Part shown: in pieces, positions 36,617 to 45,928 of the stretch
How positions within the stretch are numbered: the stretch's first letter is position 1
Layout: every line of letters begins with the position of its first letter
Assembly (NCBI GenBank): GCA_036752345.1
Contig: DAIOSV010000004.1
Span: 1 to 53,699, forward strand
DNA length: 53,699 bases
Direction of reading: 5' to 3'
Source of the DNA: Bacteroidales bacterium
GTDB lineage: Bacteria; Bacteroidota; Bacteroidia; Bacteroidales; UBA1715
Made by a program: the position numbers and the translations under genes
Notes under the pieces: generated by a model
Databases searched by the model: none
Seen by the model: only the letters and a program-made list of their open reading frames with translations
Told to the model about the DNA's origin: nothing

Positions 36617-37365
36617 AGCGTTTGCTTTATTTTTTTTGCCAAACTTGATGCAAAAATAAATTCGTTAATCTCTTGATTATCCGTGTGCCAAATTTCTTCT
36701 TTATTTCCTTCCCACCATTTTTCTCCTTTATATATAAAGACAATCTTGTCTGCTATTTCCATCACTGAATTCATGTCGTGTGTGTTTACAATAGCGGTAA
36801 TGTTGTATTCTTGTGCAATGCCATGGATGAGGTTATCAATCACAATTGAAGTCATAGGGTCCAAGCCCGAGTTAGGTTCATCGCAAAATAAGTATTTGGG
36901 ATTCAATGCAATAGCGCGAGCAATTGCTACACGTTTTTGCATACCACCACTAATTTCAGACGGGTATAAATTGTTTTTATTGATAACTTCTACACGTTTC
37001 AAACAGAAGTTTGCTCGGTCACGGCAATCTTCTTCGCTCATGTTGGAGAACATTCGAAGTGGAAACATCACATTGTCTTCAAGCGTTTCGGAGTCAAACA
37101 AGGCGCCACTTTGAAACACCATTCCAATTTCTTTTCTAATTTCTTTGCGATCTTTGTCGTTCATGGCGGTGTAGTCACGGCCATGGAATAAAATTTTCCC
37201 GGAGTCAACCGTTAGCAATCCTACAATTGACTTCATAAGCACCGTTTTCCCGGAGCCGCTTCGTCCAATGATACAGTTTACCTTACCCTCTTCAAAAACG
37301 GTTGATACGTTTTTTAGAACTGCCACATCTTTGAATGATTTTGATACGTTTTTAACTTCAATCAT
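36613..37365 (-). CDS. mlaF: ABC transporter ATP-binding protein, MlaF-like
   Basis: 250 aa with Walker A GRSGSGKT, ABC signature ISGGMQKR and Walker B LFCDEP. It is adjacent to an MlaE-like permease. Confidence 0.85.
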   Translation of the reverse strand: MIEVKNVSKSFKDVAVLKNVSTVFEEGKVNCIIGRSGSGKTVLMKSIVGLLTVDSGKILFHGRDYTAMNDKDRKEIRKEIGMVFQSGALFDSETLEDNVMFPLRMFSNMSEEDCRDRANFCLKRVEVINKNNLYPSEISGGMQKRVAIARAIALNPKYLFCDEPNSGLDPMTSIVIDNLIHGIAQEYNITAIVNTHDMNSVMEIADKIVFIYKGEKWWEGNKEEIWHTDNQEINEFIFASSLAKKIKQTL

Positions 37366-37368
37366 AAT

Positions 37369-38103
37369 TTAGAGTAAAGAAGTGAGTAAAAGGTTAAATA
37401 ACAATACAACGATACTGCTTTTTACAACGGCTTGTGTGCTTGCTTGTCCTACTTGCAAAGAGCCACCTTTTGCATAGTATCCATAATAACTCGAAATTGA
37501 TGTAATTAATATTCCGAAGATAAACATTTTTATGTTGGTGTACACAATGTAAAAAGGTTGAAACATAAATTGCAACCCATACGTGAATTGATTAGATGGG
37601 ACTTCTCCGGTCATGTCACCAACTATCCATCCGCCACCAATACCTAAAATAATGCTTATGCAGCAAAGAACTGGAAATGAAATAGCTCCGGCGGTAATTT
37701 TAGGCATTATGAGGTAATTTGCCGAATTAACACCCATAATATCAAGTGCATCAATTTGTTGGGTTATTCTCATTGTTCCAATTTCCGATGCAATACTTGA
37801 ACCAACTTTTCCTGCAAGAATTAATGCAACTACCGACGACGAAAATTCAAGAATAATAGCATCACGAGTGCCTAGTCCTACTAGATATTGAGGTAGAACA
37901 GGGTTGTCCATGTTTATGGCAAGTTGTAGTGCCATAACGCCTCCCATAAAGAAAGAAATGATAGCTACTATACCCATTGAATCATATCCAATGGCAACAA
38001 TTTCTTTGCCTACATTTCGCCAGAACATCCGTTTTTGGTCAGGTATAGCAATAGCTTTTTTCATAAGCAACATATACTGACCGATATGAAAGAATAAATT
38101 CAC
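37369..38103 (-). CDS. mlaE: MlaE-family ABC transporter permease
   Basis: 244 aa polytopic protein with the MlaE-type conserved core (GVMALQ, EIGTMRITQQIDAL). The ORF-track start is GTG, so the true start is uncertain by a few codons. Confidence 0.8.
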   Translation of the reverse strand: MNLFFHIGQYMLLMKKAIAIPDQKRMFWRNVGKEIVAIGYDSMGIVAIISFFMGGVMALQLAINMDNPVLPQYLVGLGTRDAIILEFSSSVVALILAGKVGSSIASEIGTMRITQQIDALDIMGVNSANYLIMPKITAGAISFPVLCCISIILGIGGGWIVGDMTGEVPSNQFTYGLQFMFQPFYIVYTNIKMFIFGILITSISSYYGYYAKGGSLQVGQASTQAVVKSSIVVLLFNLLLTSLL

Positions 38104-38191
38104 GTACTAATTTTTTAACGCATAAAAATAGTAAATTTTTTTAAGACAGGAATACTTATTGTAGCTCGCAATGCAATCAGTATAAAATAAA

Positions 38192-38222
38192 CAAAAAATC
38201 CCGAGAAAGTTCCCGGGATTTT
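38192..38222 (-). terminator. rho-independent terminator after the fumarase gene
   Basis: The minus strand reads AATCCCGGG-AACTTT-CTCGGGATT (one mismatch) followed by TTTTTTG. Confidence 0.6.
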
Positions 38223-38243
38223 ACCTGTATATACACTGTGTTG

Positions 38244-39881
38244 TTAGTTACAACAACATAGTGGTTTCAATTGTTTAAAGAAATCATTGCCTTTATCATC
38301 AACTAAAATAAATGCAGGGAAGTCTTCAACTACAATTTTCCAAATTGCTTCCATACCAAGTTCTGGATATTCTACGCATTCAATACTTTTAATGCTACTT
38401 TGTGAAAGCACAGCAGCCACACCGCCAATAGTTCCAAGGTAGAATCCTCCGTGTTTCTTACAGGCGTTAGTCACTTCTTCGGTACGGTTACCTTTGGCAA
38501 TCATAACGAGTGAAGCTCCATTTGCTTGGAATTCGTCAACATACGTGTCCATACGGTTTGCTGTAGTTGGGCCCATACTTCCGCAAGGATATCCTTGTGG
38601 CGTTTTTGCCGGTCCTGCATACAAAATAGGATGGTCTTTAAAGTATGATGGCACTCCTTCTCCTGCGTCAAGACGAGCTTTCAGTTTCGCATGTGCAATG
38701 TCGCGTGCAACGATGATAGTTCCTTTCAAATTGATACGAGTAGAAACCGGATATTTTGAAAGTTCTTTACGAACTGCATCAATACCTTTGTCAAGGTCAA
38801 TTTCTATACCTTTACAGCCTTCGCCTGCTTTGCAGTATTCTTTAGGAATAAGTTCACTTGGGTTTTCGTCCATTTTTTCTAACCAAACACCATCGGCATT
38901 GATTTTTGCTTTAATATTACGGTCGGCAGAACAACTTACGCCCATACCAATAGGACAGCTTGCGCCGTGGCGTGGCAAACGGACAACGCGAATGTCGTGT
39001 GCTAAATATTTTCCGCCGAATTGTGCTCCAAGTCCAATATTGTGCGCTTCTTTGAGTAATTTTTTCTCTAAATCAATGTCGCGGAAAGCGCGTCCTGATG
39101 CGTTTCCGGTAGTTGGTAGACTGTCGTAGTATTTTATGCTGGCAAGTTTTACGGTGAGCAAGTTTTTCTCAGCCGAAGTTCCGCCAATAACGAATGCAAT
39201 ATGGTATGGAGGGCACGCTGCCGTTCCCAATGTCTTCATTTTTTCAACAAGGAAAGGAAGCAATGTGTCTTCATTTTGAATGGTAGCTTTTGTCATCGGG
39301 TAGAAGTAGGTTTTGTTTGCCGAACCACCACCTTTTGCAACCATTATAAATTTATATTCATCACCTTCGGTAGCTTCAATGTCTATTTGAGCCGGAAGGT
39401 TACATTTTGTGTTTACTTCGTCATACATATTGAGAGCAGCATTCTGCGAATAACGAAGGTTGTCGTTCACGAACGTGTTGTAAACGCCTTTTGAAAGCGC
39501 TTCTTCATCGTCAAAACCGGTCCAAACTTGTTGACCTTTTTCTCCATGTATAATAGCGGTACCGGTGTCTTGGCAAAAAGGCAATACGCCTTTTACTGCG
39601 GTTTCGGCATTACGCAAAAATTGCAATGCAACGTATTTATCATTTTCACTTGCTTCTGGGTCTTCCAATATTGCTGCAACTTGTTTGTTGTGCTCGCGGC
39701 GCAACATAAATTCTACATCGTGAAATGCTTGTTGTGACAGCAAGGAAAGAGCTTCTTTACTCACTTTTAGAATTTTGTGACCTTCAAATTCGCTTACACT
39801 CACACCGTCTTTACTGAGAAGTCGGTACTCTGTGTCATCGTTGCCCAATTGAAACATTGGTTCGTAATGAAATTCTGCCAT
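38244..39881 (-). CDS. class I (Fe-S) fumarate hydratase, fused alpha/beta type
   Basis: 545 aa with the N-terminal FumA-type domain ([20 protein letters not shown]) and the C-terminal beta-type domain ([23 protein letters not shown]). Confidence 0.92.
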   Translation of the reverse strand: MAEFHYEPMFQLGNDDTEYRLLSKDGVSVSEFEGHKILKVSKEALSLLSQQAFHDVEFMLRREHNKQVAAILEDPEASENDKYVALQFLRNAETAVKGVLPFCQDTGTAIIHGEKGQQVWTGFDDEEALSKGVYNTFVNDNLRYSQNAALNMYDEVNTKCNLPAQIDIEATEGDEYKFIMVAKGGGSANKTYFYPMTKATIQNEDTLLPFLVEKMKTLGTAACPPYHIAFVIGGTSAEKNLLTVKLASIKYYDSLPTTGNASGRAFRDIDLEKKLLKEAHNIGLGAQFGGKYLAHDIRVVRLPRHGASCPIGMGVSCSADRNIKAKINADGVWLEKMDENPSELIPKEYCKAGEGCKGIEIDLDKGIDAVRKELSKYPVSTRINLKGTIIVARDIAHAKLKARLDAGEGVPSYFKDHPILYAGPAKTPQGYPCGSMGPTTANRMDTYVDEFQANGASLVMIAKGNRTEEVTNACKKHGGFYLGTIGGVAAVLSQSSIKSIECVEYPELGMEAIWKIVVEDFPAFILVDDKGNDFFKQLKPLCCCN

Positions 39882-39959
39882 ATTTTGTTATTGTTTTATA
39901 TTGTTGTTTTTTGTCAACGGCTACGTAGAATAATAGCAACCGTTTTGTCAGGTTTTGTC

Positions 39960-40295
39960 TTATTTGCTATGTTCGGGAACGACAGCAAGAAATATCAAAT
40001 CTTGAGTGCCACAGTTTATGATGCTATGTTCTTGACCTTGTGGGCAATAATGTACATCGCCAGCTTTGAGAGGACAAACTGTACCATCGCAGAGCACTTT
40101 GCCTGAGCCTTCGAGAATGTACACTGTTTCACTATTTGTTTCGTGTTTGTGCATTCCAATTGACGCATCGGGAACAAGTCGTATGCGCATTATTTTGTTT
40201 GTACCGTCGCTGAATGCTTGTATGATGGCCGATTTTTCGCCACCTTTGAAATTCTTTTCCTCCTTCTCGGGAATGGTATTAAAAGCAATATTCAT
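39960..40295 (-). CDS. cupin domain protein
   Basis: 111 aa with cupin motifs GMHKHETNSETVYILEGSG and GDVHYCPQGQEHS. Confidence 0.8.
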   Translation of the reverse strand: MNIAFNTIPEKEEKNFKGGEKSAIIQAFSDGTNKIMRIRLVPDASIGMHKHETNSETVYILEGSGKVLCDGTVCPLKAGDVHYCPQGQEHSIINCGTQDLIFLAVVPEHSK

Positions 40296-40422
40296 TGTTC
40301 TAAATATTTATTTCGTAAAATTAACACAAATTCTTGTATGTGAAACACTCCATGTCGTTTTTTATAAAGTAACCAAAACGTAATGTTTTGGAGTTATCTG
40401 TTTTCTATCTTAACAATTTGTT

Positions 40423-40430
40423 TACATTTG
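40423..40430 (+). promoter_or_regulatory. candidate -7 box (TACATTTG) for the ammonia-lyase operon
   Basis: It matches TAnnTTTG, 37 nt upstream of the ATG at 40468. Confidence 0.3.
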
Positions 40431-40467
40431 CATTAATTCATTATTGAAGAGTTAAACTTTTTTTTTA

Positions 40468-41982
40468 ATGGTAACCTTAGAAAAAATCCAGTCAATAGTT
40501 TTTGATAGTAATCGTTTGAATATCAGTAAAAAAGAGACTGAGAAAATAATAGAAAGCTATTCTTTTTTAGAACAATTTTCAAAAGACAAAGTTATTTACG
40601 GAATCAATACGGGTTTTGGCCCAATGGCTCAGTACCGTGTGAGCGACAAAGATTTAAATGACTTACAATATAACATAGTTCGCTCACATTCCTGCGGTGC
40701 TGGCAAACCATTATCGGAACTGTGCGTACGTGCTGCAATGTATGCTCGCTATCTTACTTTTGTTCAAGGGAAATCGGGTATTCATATTGATTGCGCTATT
40801 CAGCTTAAAGAGTTTTTGAATCGTGGTATTTACCCATTTATTCCGGAACATGGAAGCGTTGGTGCAAGTGGCGATTTGGTGCAGCTATCGCACATGGCTT
40901 TAACCTTGATTGGAGAAGGTTTTGTGTTTTATAAAGGTGAAAAACGTCCGACTGCCGAAGTGTTGAAACAAGAGAAATTACAACCGCTCAAATTGCGTGG
41001 TCGTGATGGCTTGTCAATCGTGAATGGCACAGCATGTATGTCGGGAATAGCATTTGTAAATCTTGTCTATTCTCAAAAATTATTGCATTGGTCGTTACTA
41101 TTTTCTTCTTTGATGAACGAAATTGCAGGTTCATATGATGATTTTTTGAGTCCGGCGTTGAACAATATAAAATTACACGAAGGTCAGCAGAACGTTGCTG
41201 CTACAATGCGTGAAATCCTTAAAGGAAGCAAATGTTTGCGCGATCGTCAGGCTGAATTGTATGCGCAGAAAACCACCACAATGCATTTTTCTGACGACAA
41301 AAAAGTTCAACCATACTATTCGTTGCGTTGCGTTCCACAAGTATTAGGACCAATTTCTGATGAAATTGACAATGCGGCAAAAGTCATCGTAAACGAATTT
41401 AATTCGGTTGACGATAACCCTATTGTTGATGTAGAAACGAAAAACGTATATCACGGCGGGAATTTCCACGGAGATTATATTTCATACGAAATGGATAAGT
41501 TGAAAATTGGTGTTACGAAAATGACAATACTCAACGAACGCCAATTAAATTACTTGTTCCACGACAGAATTAATGGAATTTTGCCCCCATTTGTGAATTT
41601 GGGAAAATTAGGATTGAATTATGGTTTGCAAGCGGCCCAATTTACCGCTACGTCAACTACAGCAGAATGCCAAACATTGTCAAACCCGATGAGTGTGCAT
41701 ACCATTCCAAACAACAATGACAATCAGGATATTGTATCAATGGGAACGAATTCGGCTTTAATTGCAAAACACATTATAGAAAATTCTTTCCAAGTTGCCG
41801 CAATTCATTCTATGGCATTGGCTCAAGCGGTAGATTGTTTGAAAATACAAGATAAATTGTCGCCGGTAACTCGTGCGTTCTATGAAGATATTCGAAAAAT
41901 TGTTCCTATATTTGTTGAAGATATGCCAAAGTATGAGGAAATTGCGACTTTAATAACATATTTGAAAAACGTAAATATATAA
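40468..41982 (+). CDS. aromatic amino acid ammonia-lyase (HAL/TAL/PAL family, MIO cofactor)
   Basis: 504 aa. It has YGINTGFGPMA and the MIO-forming Ala-Ser-Gly in GSVGASGDLVQLSHMAL. Its neighbours are fatty-acid/polyketide-type genes rather than hutU/hutI. Confidence 0.88.
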   Translation: MVTLEKIQSIVFDSNRLNISKKETEKIIESYSFLEQFSKDKVIYGINTGFGPMAQYRVSDKDLNDLQYNIVRSHSCGAGKPLSELCVRAAMYARYLTFVQGKSGIHIDCAIQLKEFLNRGIYPFIPEHGSVGASGDLVQLSHMALTLIGEGFVFYKGEKRPTAEVLKQEKLQPLKLRGRDGLSIVNGTACMSGIAFVNLVYSQKLLHWSLLFSSLMNEIAGSYDDFLSPALNNIKLHEGQQNVAATMREILKGSKCLRDRQAELYAQKTTTMHFSDDKKVQPYYSLRCVPQVLGPISDEIDNAAKVIVNEFNSVDDNPIVDVETKNVYHGGNFHGDYISYEMDKLKIGVTKMTILNERQLNYLFHDRINGILPPFVNLGKLGLNYGLQAAQFTATSTTAECQTLSNPMSVHTIPNNNDNQDIVSMGTNSALIAKHIIENSFQVAAIHSMALAQAVDCLKIQDKLSPVTRAFYEDIRKIVPIFVEDMPKYEEIATLITYLKNVNI

Positions 41983-41985
41983 TTA

Positions 41986-42714
41986 ATGAAATACGCATTA
42001 GTAACCGGAGGATCGCGCGGAATAGGTCGTGCAATAAGTATAACACTCGCAAAAGAGGGATATGCTGTTATTGTTAATTACCATACAAACGAGCAAGCTG
42101 CTCTCGAAGTAAAACAAATAATAGAAGCAGATGGTGGACATGCAGAATTGTTGCCTTTTGATGTATCTGATGAAAAATCGGTAGACGCAGCAATTTTATC
42201 GTGGCAAGAGTCGCATTCTAACGAATATATAGAAGTGTTGGTCAACAATGCAGGAATTAAAAAAGATGCTTTGCTCGTTTTTATGCAAACTGACGCATGG
42301 AATAATGTATTGCGCACCAATCTTGATTCTTTCTTTTTTGTAACTCGTCGAGTACTAAAAAATATGATACCGAAACGCAACGGACGCATTATCAATGTGG
42401 CATCGTTGTCGGGAATCAAAGGATTGGCAGGCCAAGCTAATTACTCAGCTGCCAAAGCAGGATTGATTGGCGCAACAAAAGCTCTTGCTCAAGAAATCGG
42501 TTCACGAAAAATTACCGTAAATGCCGTAGCTCCTGGTTTCATTGCAACAGATATGACACAAGATTTACCTGAGGCTGAATTGAAAAAAATGATTCCCGCA
42601 GGTCGATTCGGGACCCCTGAAGAAGTAGCCAGTTTGGTTGCATTTTTGGCTTCTGAAAACGCTGCATATATTAATGGCGAGGTTATTTCTATTAATGGCG
42701 GTTTATATACATAA
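41986..42714 (+). CDS. fabG: 3-oxoacyl-ACP reductase (SDR family, FabG-like)
   Basis: 242 aa with TGGSRGIGRA cofactor motif, NNAG, the catalytic YSAAK, and a C-terminal INGEVISINGGLY. Confidence 0.88.
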   Translation: MKYALVTGGSRGIGRAISITLAKEGYAVIVNYHTNEQAALEVKQIIEADGGHAELLPFDVSDEKSVDAAILSWQESHSNEYIEVLVNNAGIKKDALLVFMQTDAWNNVLRTNLDSFFFVTRRVLKNMIPKRNGRIINVASLSGIKGLAGQANYSAAKAGLIGATKALAQEIGSRKITVNAVAPGFIATDMTQDLPEAELKKMIPAGRFGTPEEVASLVAFLASENAAYINGEVISINGGLYT

Positions 42715-42750
42715 TGGTGAAACACTGAGTATTAATTAAAAATAGAAGAG

Positions 42751-43287
42751 ATGAAAAAAGTTTTGGTAACAATTTTAGCCTTAATCGGTACTGTGATATC
42801 GGTTTCAGCACAAGAGCTTGAACAGAAAATAAAAATTCCAGAAGGATATCAAGGATTTTTGGAACAAGGTACCCGTTATCATTTTTGGGGAGACGAAACA
42901 AGTTCTGTAGATGTTTCAACAACTCATGGATTTTATTTTAATGGTCACACCTATGCAGGTATCGGAATTGGAATCTCTGCCGGACGTGAGCATACATTAG
43001 TTCCTGTATACACATCAATCAAGCATGTGTTTTATAACGATAGATATATTTCTCCGGTTGGGCAAGTTCGTTTGGGCTCATATTTAGGCGATGATTTTGG
43101 AACATATGCCGATCTTGCTGTAGGAGTTCGCTTTGCTACCAAACGTGATTTTGCATTGACAATTTCTGCTGCAGTTTCTTATTTTGAGCCATTCAAAGAA
43201 GAAGTGTGGAACTGGGAAACGAGTACAACCGAATCAGAAACAGTTGATTTTACAGGAGCTTCATTGCGATTCGGTATTGAGTGGTAG
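42751..43287 (+). CDS. small outer-membrane beta-barrel-like protein
   Basis: 178 aa with a signal peptide (IGTVISVSAQ), Gly/aromatic-rich alternating strands and an aromatic C-terminus (LRFGIEW). Confidence 0.5.
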   Translation: MKKVLVTILALIGTVISVSAQELEQKIKIPEGYQGFLEQGTRYHFWGDETSSVDVSTTHGFYFNGHTYAGIGIGISAGREHTLVPVYTSIKHVFYNDRYISPVGQVRLGSYLGDDFGTYADLAVGVRFATKRDFALTISAAVSYFEPFKEEVWNWETSTTESETVDFTGASLRFGIEW

Positions 43288-43323
43288 TAGTTTTATAATT
43301 GTGTTTTTTACTGAAGATAACCA

Positions 43324-44544
43324 ATGGCGAAAAGAGTAGTGGTCACGGGAATGGGTATCTATTCCTGTATTGGAAAAAATTTAGACGAGGTAACCAAATC
43401 GTTACGTGAGGGAAAGTCGGGAATTGGAATAGATCCAAAGAGAACGGAATATGGGTATCGTTCACCATTAACCGGAATTGTAGAACATCCTCAATTGAAA
43501 GGAGTACTAGACCGTCGGTTGCGTGTTTGTTTACCCGAACAAGGAGAATATGCCTATATGGCAACTGTTGAAGCTCTAAAAAATGCCAATATAGATATAG
43601 ATTACCTCTCAAACAATGAGGTTGGTGTTTTATACGGAAACGATTCTTCTGCACAAGCAGTTATAGAAGCTCATACAATAGCAATGGAAAAAAAAGACAC
43701 AACCTTGATGGGGTCAGGTGCCATTTTCCAGTCTATGAATTCTTCTGTGACAATGAATCTTTCAACTATTTTCAAATTGCGAGGAATAAACATGACAATC
43801 AGTGCCGCCTGTGCCAGTGGTTCTCATTCCATAGGTTTGGGTGCTATGTTTATCCGTCAAGGTTTGCAAGACATGATAGTGTGTGGAGGAGCCCAAGAAA
43901 CCAACTATCTTTCCATGGGTAGTTTTGATGGCATCAGTGCTTTTTCTGTTCGCACCGATGAGCCTACCAAAGCTTCACGCCCGTTTGATGCTTCACGCGA
44001 TGGTTTAGTGCCAAGTGGTGGTGCAGCAACCGTTATTCTTGAAGATTACGACCACGCTGTTAGTCGTGGAGCAACTATCTTGGCTGAAGTTGTTGGATAT
44101 GGCTTCTCATCAAATGGTGCAAATATCTCACAACCAAGCGATAGCGGTTCTAAAATAGCAATGGAACGTGCGTTACGTGATGCCGGTTTGCAAATTGGTG
44201 ACATTGATTACGTTAATGCTCATGCTACTTCAACGGTACAAGGTGATATGTATGAAGCTATGGCGCTTGATTCATTGTTTGGAACCGTTCGTCCATGGAT
44301 TAGTTCTACAAAATCAATGACGGGACATGAATGCTGGATGGCAGGCGCAAGCGAAATGATATATTCTATTCTTATGATGCAAAATTCATTTATTGCGCCG
44401 AATATCAATTTTGAATCTCCCGATGAGTTTTCTAAAAACTTGCGCATAGCAGTCGAGCCAGTGGCAAAGGATATTGATGTGTTTTTGTCAAATTCTTTTG
44501 GCTTCGGAGGAACAAATAGTGCATTAGTAGTAAAAAAAATATAA
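43324..44544 (+). CDS. beta-ketoacyl-ACP synthase, FabB-like (KAS I type)
   Basis: 406 aa. The N-terminus KRVVVTGMGIYSCIGKNLDEVTKSLREGKSGI closely resembles E. coli FabB as I remember it. The active-site Cys is in SAACASGSHSIG and the His residues are in NAHATST and MTGHECWMAG. Confidence 0.85.
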   Translation: MAKRVVVTGMGIYSCIGKNLDEVTKSLREGKSGIGIDPKRTEYGYRSPLTGIVEHPQLKGVLDRRLRVCLPEQGEYAYMATVEALKNANIDIDYLSNNEVGVLYGNDSSAQAVIEAHTIAMEKKDTTLMGSGAIFQSMNSSVTMNLSTIFKLRGINMTISAACASGSHSIGLGAMFIRQGLQDMIVCGGAQETNYLSMGSFDGISAFSVRTDEPTKASRPFDASRDGLVPSGGAATVILEDYDHAVSRGATILAEVVGYGFSSNGANISQPSDSGSKIAMERALRDAGLQIGDIDYVNAHATSTVQGDMYEAMALDSLFGTVRPWISSTKSMTGHECWMAGASEMIYSILMMQNSFIAPNINFESPDEFSKNLRIAVEPVAKDIDVFLSNSFGFGGTNSALVVKKI

Positions 44545-44555
44545 AATAAGTGCCC

Positions 44556-45857
44556 ATGAAAAGAGGTGTCATTCAAGGTATACTCATCCCTTTTTGTATT
44601 GTGTGTGTCTGTTGTGCAGGTAAAACGCAAGAATCTGATCCTATGATGGCGCAGGTTTACAAAATCTGTCCTAAAGCTGATGTGATAAATGTTGAACATA
44701 AAGTAGAGTCTACAGAAATTGAATTTTTGTGTGGGAAAGAACCTGTTTCTTTGGTGTTTGACAAACAGGGCACGCTTCTGTATAAAGAAACTGCGTATCG
44801 TCCCGATGAAGCTTTTCTTCGTAAGGTGCAGAAAAAAGTGCAAAAAACACATGCCGGTTGGACTATTGATGAATATTCATTGATAGAGACAAAAGATACT
44901 TCGTTTGTAAAATTAGAATTGTTGAAGCATGGAGTTGAGGAAAGCATGTTCTTTACATTGGATGGCAAGTTTTATAAATTCAAAAGTTATGTGACTACCG
45001 AACCGTGGTCTGCTAAAGAGCTTAAGAAATCTGCCTACAATTCAACATTACCATATGATTTTTTGAAACCGACGAAAATTATAGAGTTGGACGAAACATT
45101 GAAGGAAATTTCAGGTATTTCGGTAGTTGGTGACACTGCGGTGTTTTGTGTGCAAGACGAGTTGGGAGCTGTCTTTCATGTTAATTTAGGTGACAATTCA
45201 ATGTCGTCGGTAGGCAGGTTTACTGATATAGGCGATTTTGAGGATTTGGAAGTCGTTGGTGATAGTGTGGTAGTTTTGCGTAGCGATGGCTCGTTGTTCT
45301 CTTTTGATTTTGTTAATTTTAAAGGGAAGAGCAACCAAGTAATGTTGAATGTTCCTTGTATGAATTTAGAAGGATTATTCTATGATTCTAAAACTAAAAA
45401 ATTCATAGTCACTTGCAAAGAGCCATCACTAGAGCGCAGGCCGTCTTCGGAAAAACAAAAGAAGCAAGAGATAGCTATGAATGCCGAGCAGGAACGTGCA
45501 GTGTATTCGTTTGATAAAAATACGATTGTAAAACCCGAGAAAATTTTTTCTGTAAAGATTGGAGAGATTCGCAATCTTGTAAATCATTTATATGGAATGA
45601 AAGTAGAATGTTTTAATCCTTCTGCAATTGCAATTCATCCAATAACCAACGAAACGTATATTCTTTCTTCAGACCAGAGAATGATAGCAGTGTACAATGG
45701 TACTAGTCTTAAATCGGTATTTCTATTGCCTCCTGAAGATTACTACAAGCCGGAAGGTCTTGATTTTCTATCAAATGGTGATATGATCCTTTGTAGTGAA
45801 GGAGAAAAAAAAGGTGCGTTACAAGGACAAATTTTTGTTTTGAAAATGAAAAAGTAG
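44556..45857 (+). CDS. lipoprotein with C-terminal beta-propeller-like (SdiA-regulated/YjiK-like) region
   Basis: 433 aa, from the ATG at 44556. It has a lipobox-like CCAGKTQ. The C-terminal half has repeated blade-like segments (ISGISVVGDTAVFCVQDE, FEDLEVVGDSVVVLRSDG, PSAIAIHPITNETYILSSD, PEGLDFLSNGDMILCSEG). The family call is tentative. Confidence 0.5.
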   Translation: MKRGVIQGILIPFCIVCVCCAGKTQESDPMMAQVYKICPKADVINVEHKVESTEIEFLCGKEPVSLVFDKQGTLLYKETAYRPDEAFLRKVQKKVQKTHAGWTIDEYSLIETKDTSFVKLELLKHGVEESMFFTLDGKFYKFKSYVTTEPWSAKELKKSAYNSTLPYDFLKPTKIIELDETLKEISGISVVGDTAVFCVQDELGAVFHVNLGDNSMSSVGRFTDIGDFEDLEVVGDSVVVLRSDGSLFSFDFVNFKGKSNQVMLNVPCMNLEGLFYDSKTKKFIVTCKEPSLERRPSSEKQKKQEIAMNAEQERAVYSFDKNTIVKPEKIFSVKIGEIRNLVNHLYGMKVECFNPSAIAIHPITNETYILSSDQRMIAVYNGTSLKSVFLLPPEDYYKPEGLDFLSNGDMILCSEGEKKGALQGQIFVLKMKK

Positions 45858-45873
45858 AAGTTCTTTGAACGAA

Positions 45874-45916
45874 ATAAAAAAGGGCTGGAATTTCAATAAT
45901 TCCAGCCCTTCTTGTT
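45874..45916. terminator. bidirectional rho-independent terminator between the lipoprotein gene and clpB
   Basis: A perfect 12-bp stem AGGGCTGGAATT (45881-45892) / AATTCCAGCCCT (45898-45909) is flanked by an A-run upstream and a T-rich run downstream. Confidence 0.8.
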
Positions 45917-45928
45917 TGTGTGTATCGT

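Noticed and set aside
38494-39129. 211-aa plus-strand ORF inside the fumarase gene
   Set aside because: It is antisense to a full-length class I fumarase with clear signatures. Its Ser/Pro/Ala-rich translation is typical of the reverse frame.
40468-41982. Annotating the ammonia-lyase as histidine ammonia-lyase HutH
   Set aside because: No hutU, hutI or hutG are nearby, and the gene is coupled to FabG and KAS genes. Substrate (His, Tyr or Phe) cannot be decided from what I can read, so only the family is called.
44220-44852. 210-aa minus-strand ORF spanning the KAS/lipoprotein junction
   Set aside because: It is antisense to the FabB-like KAS and the lipoprotein gene and has no motifs, so it is a shadow ORF.
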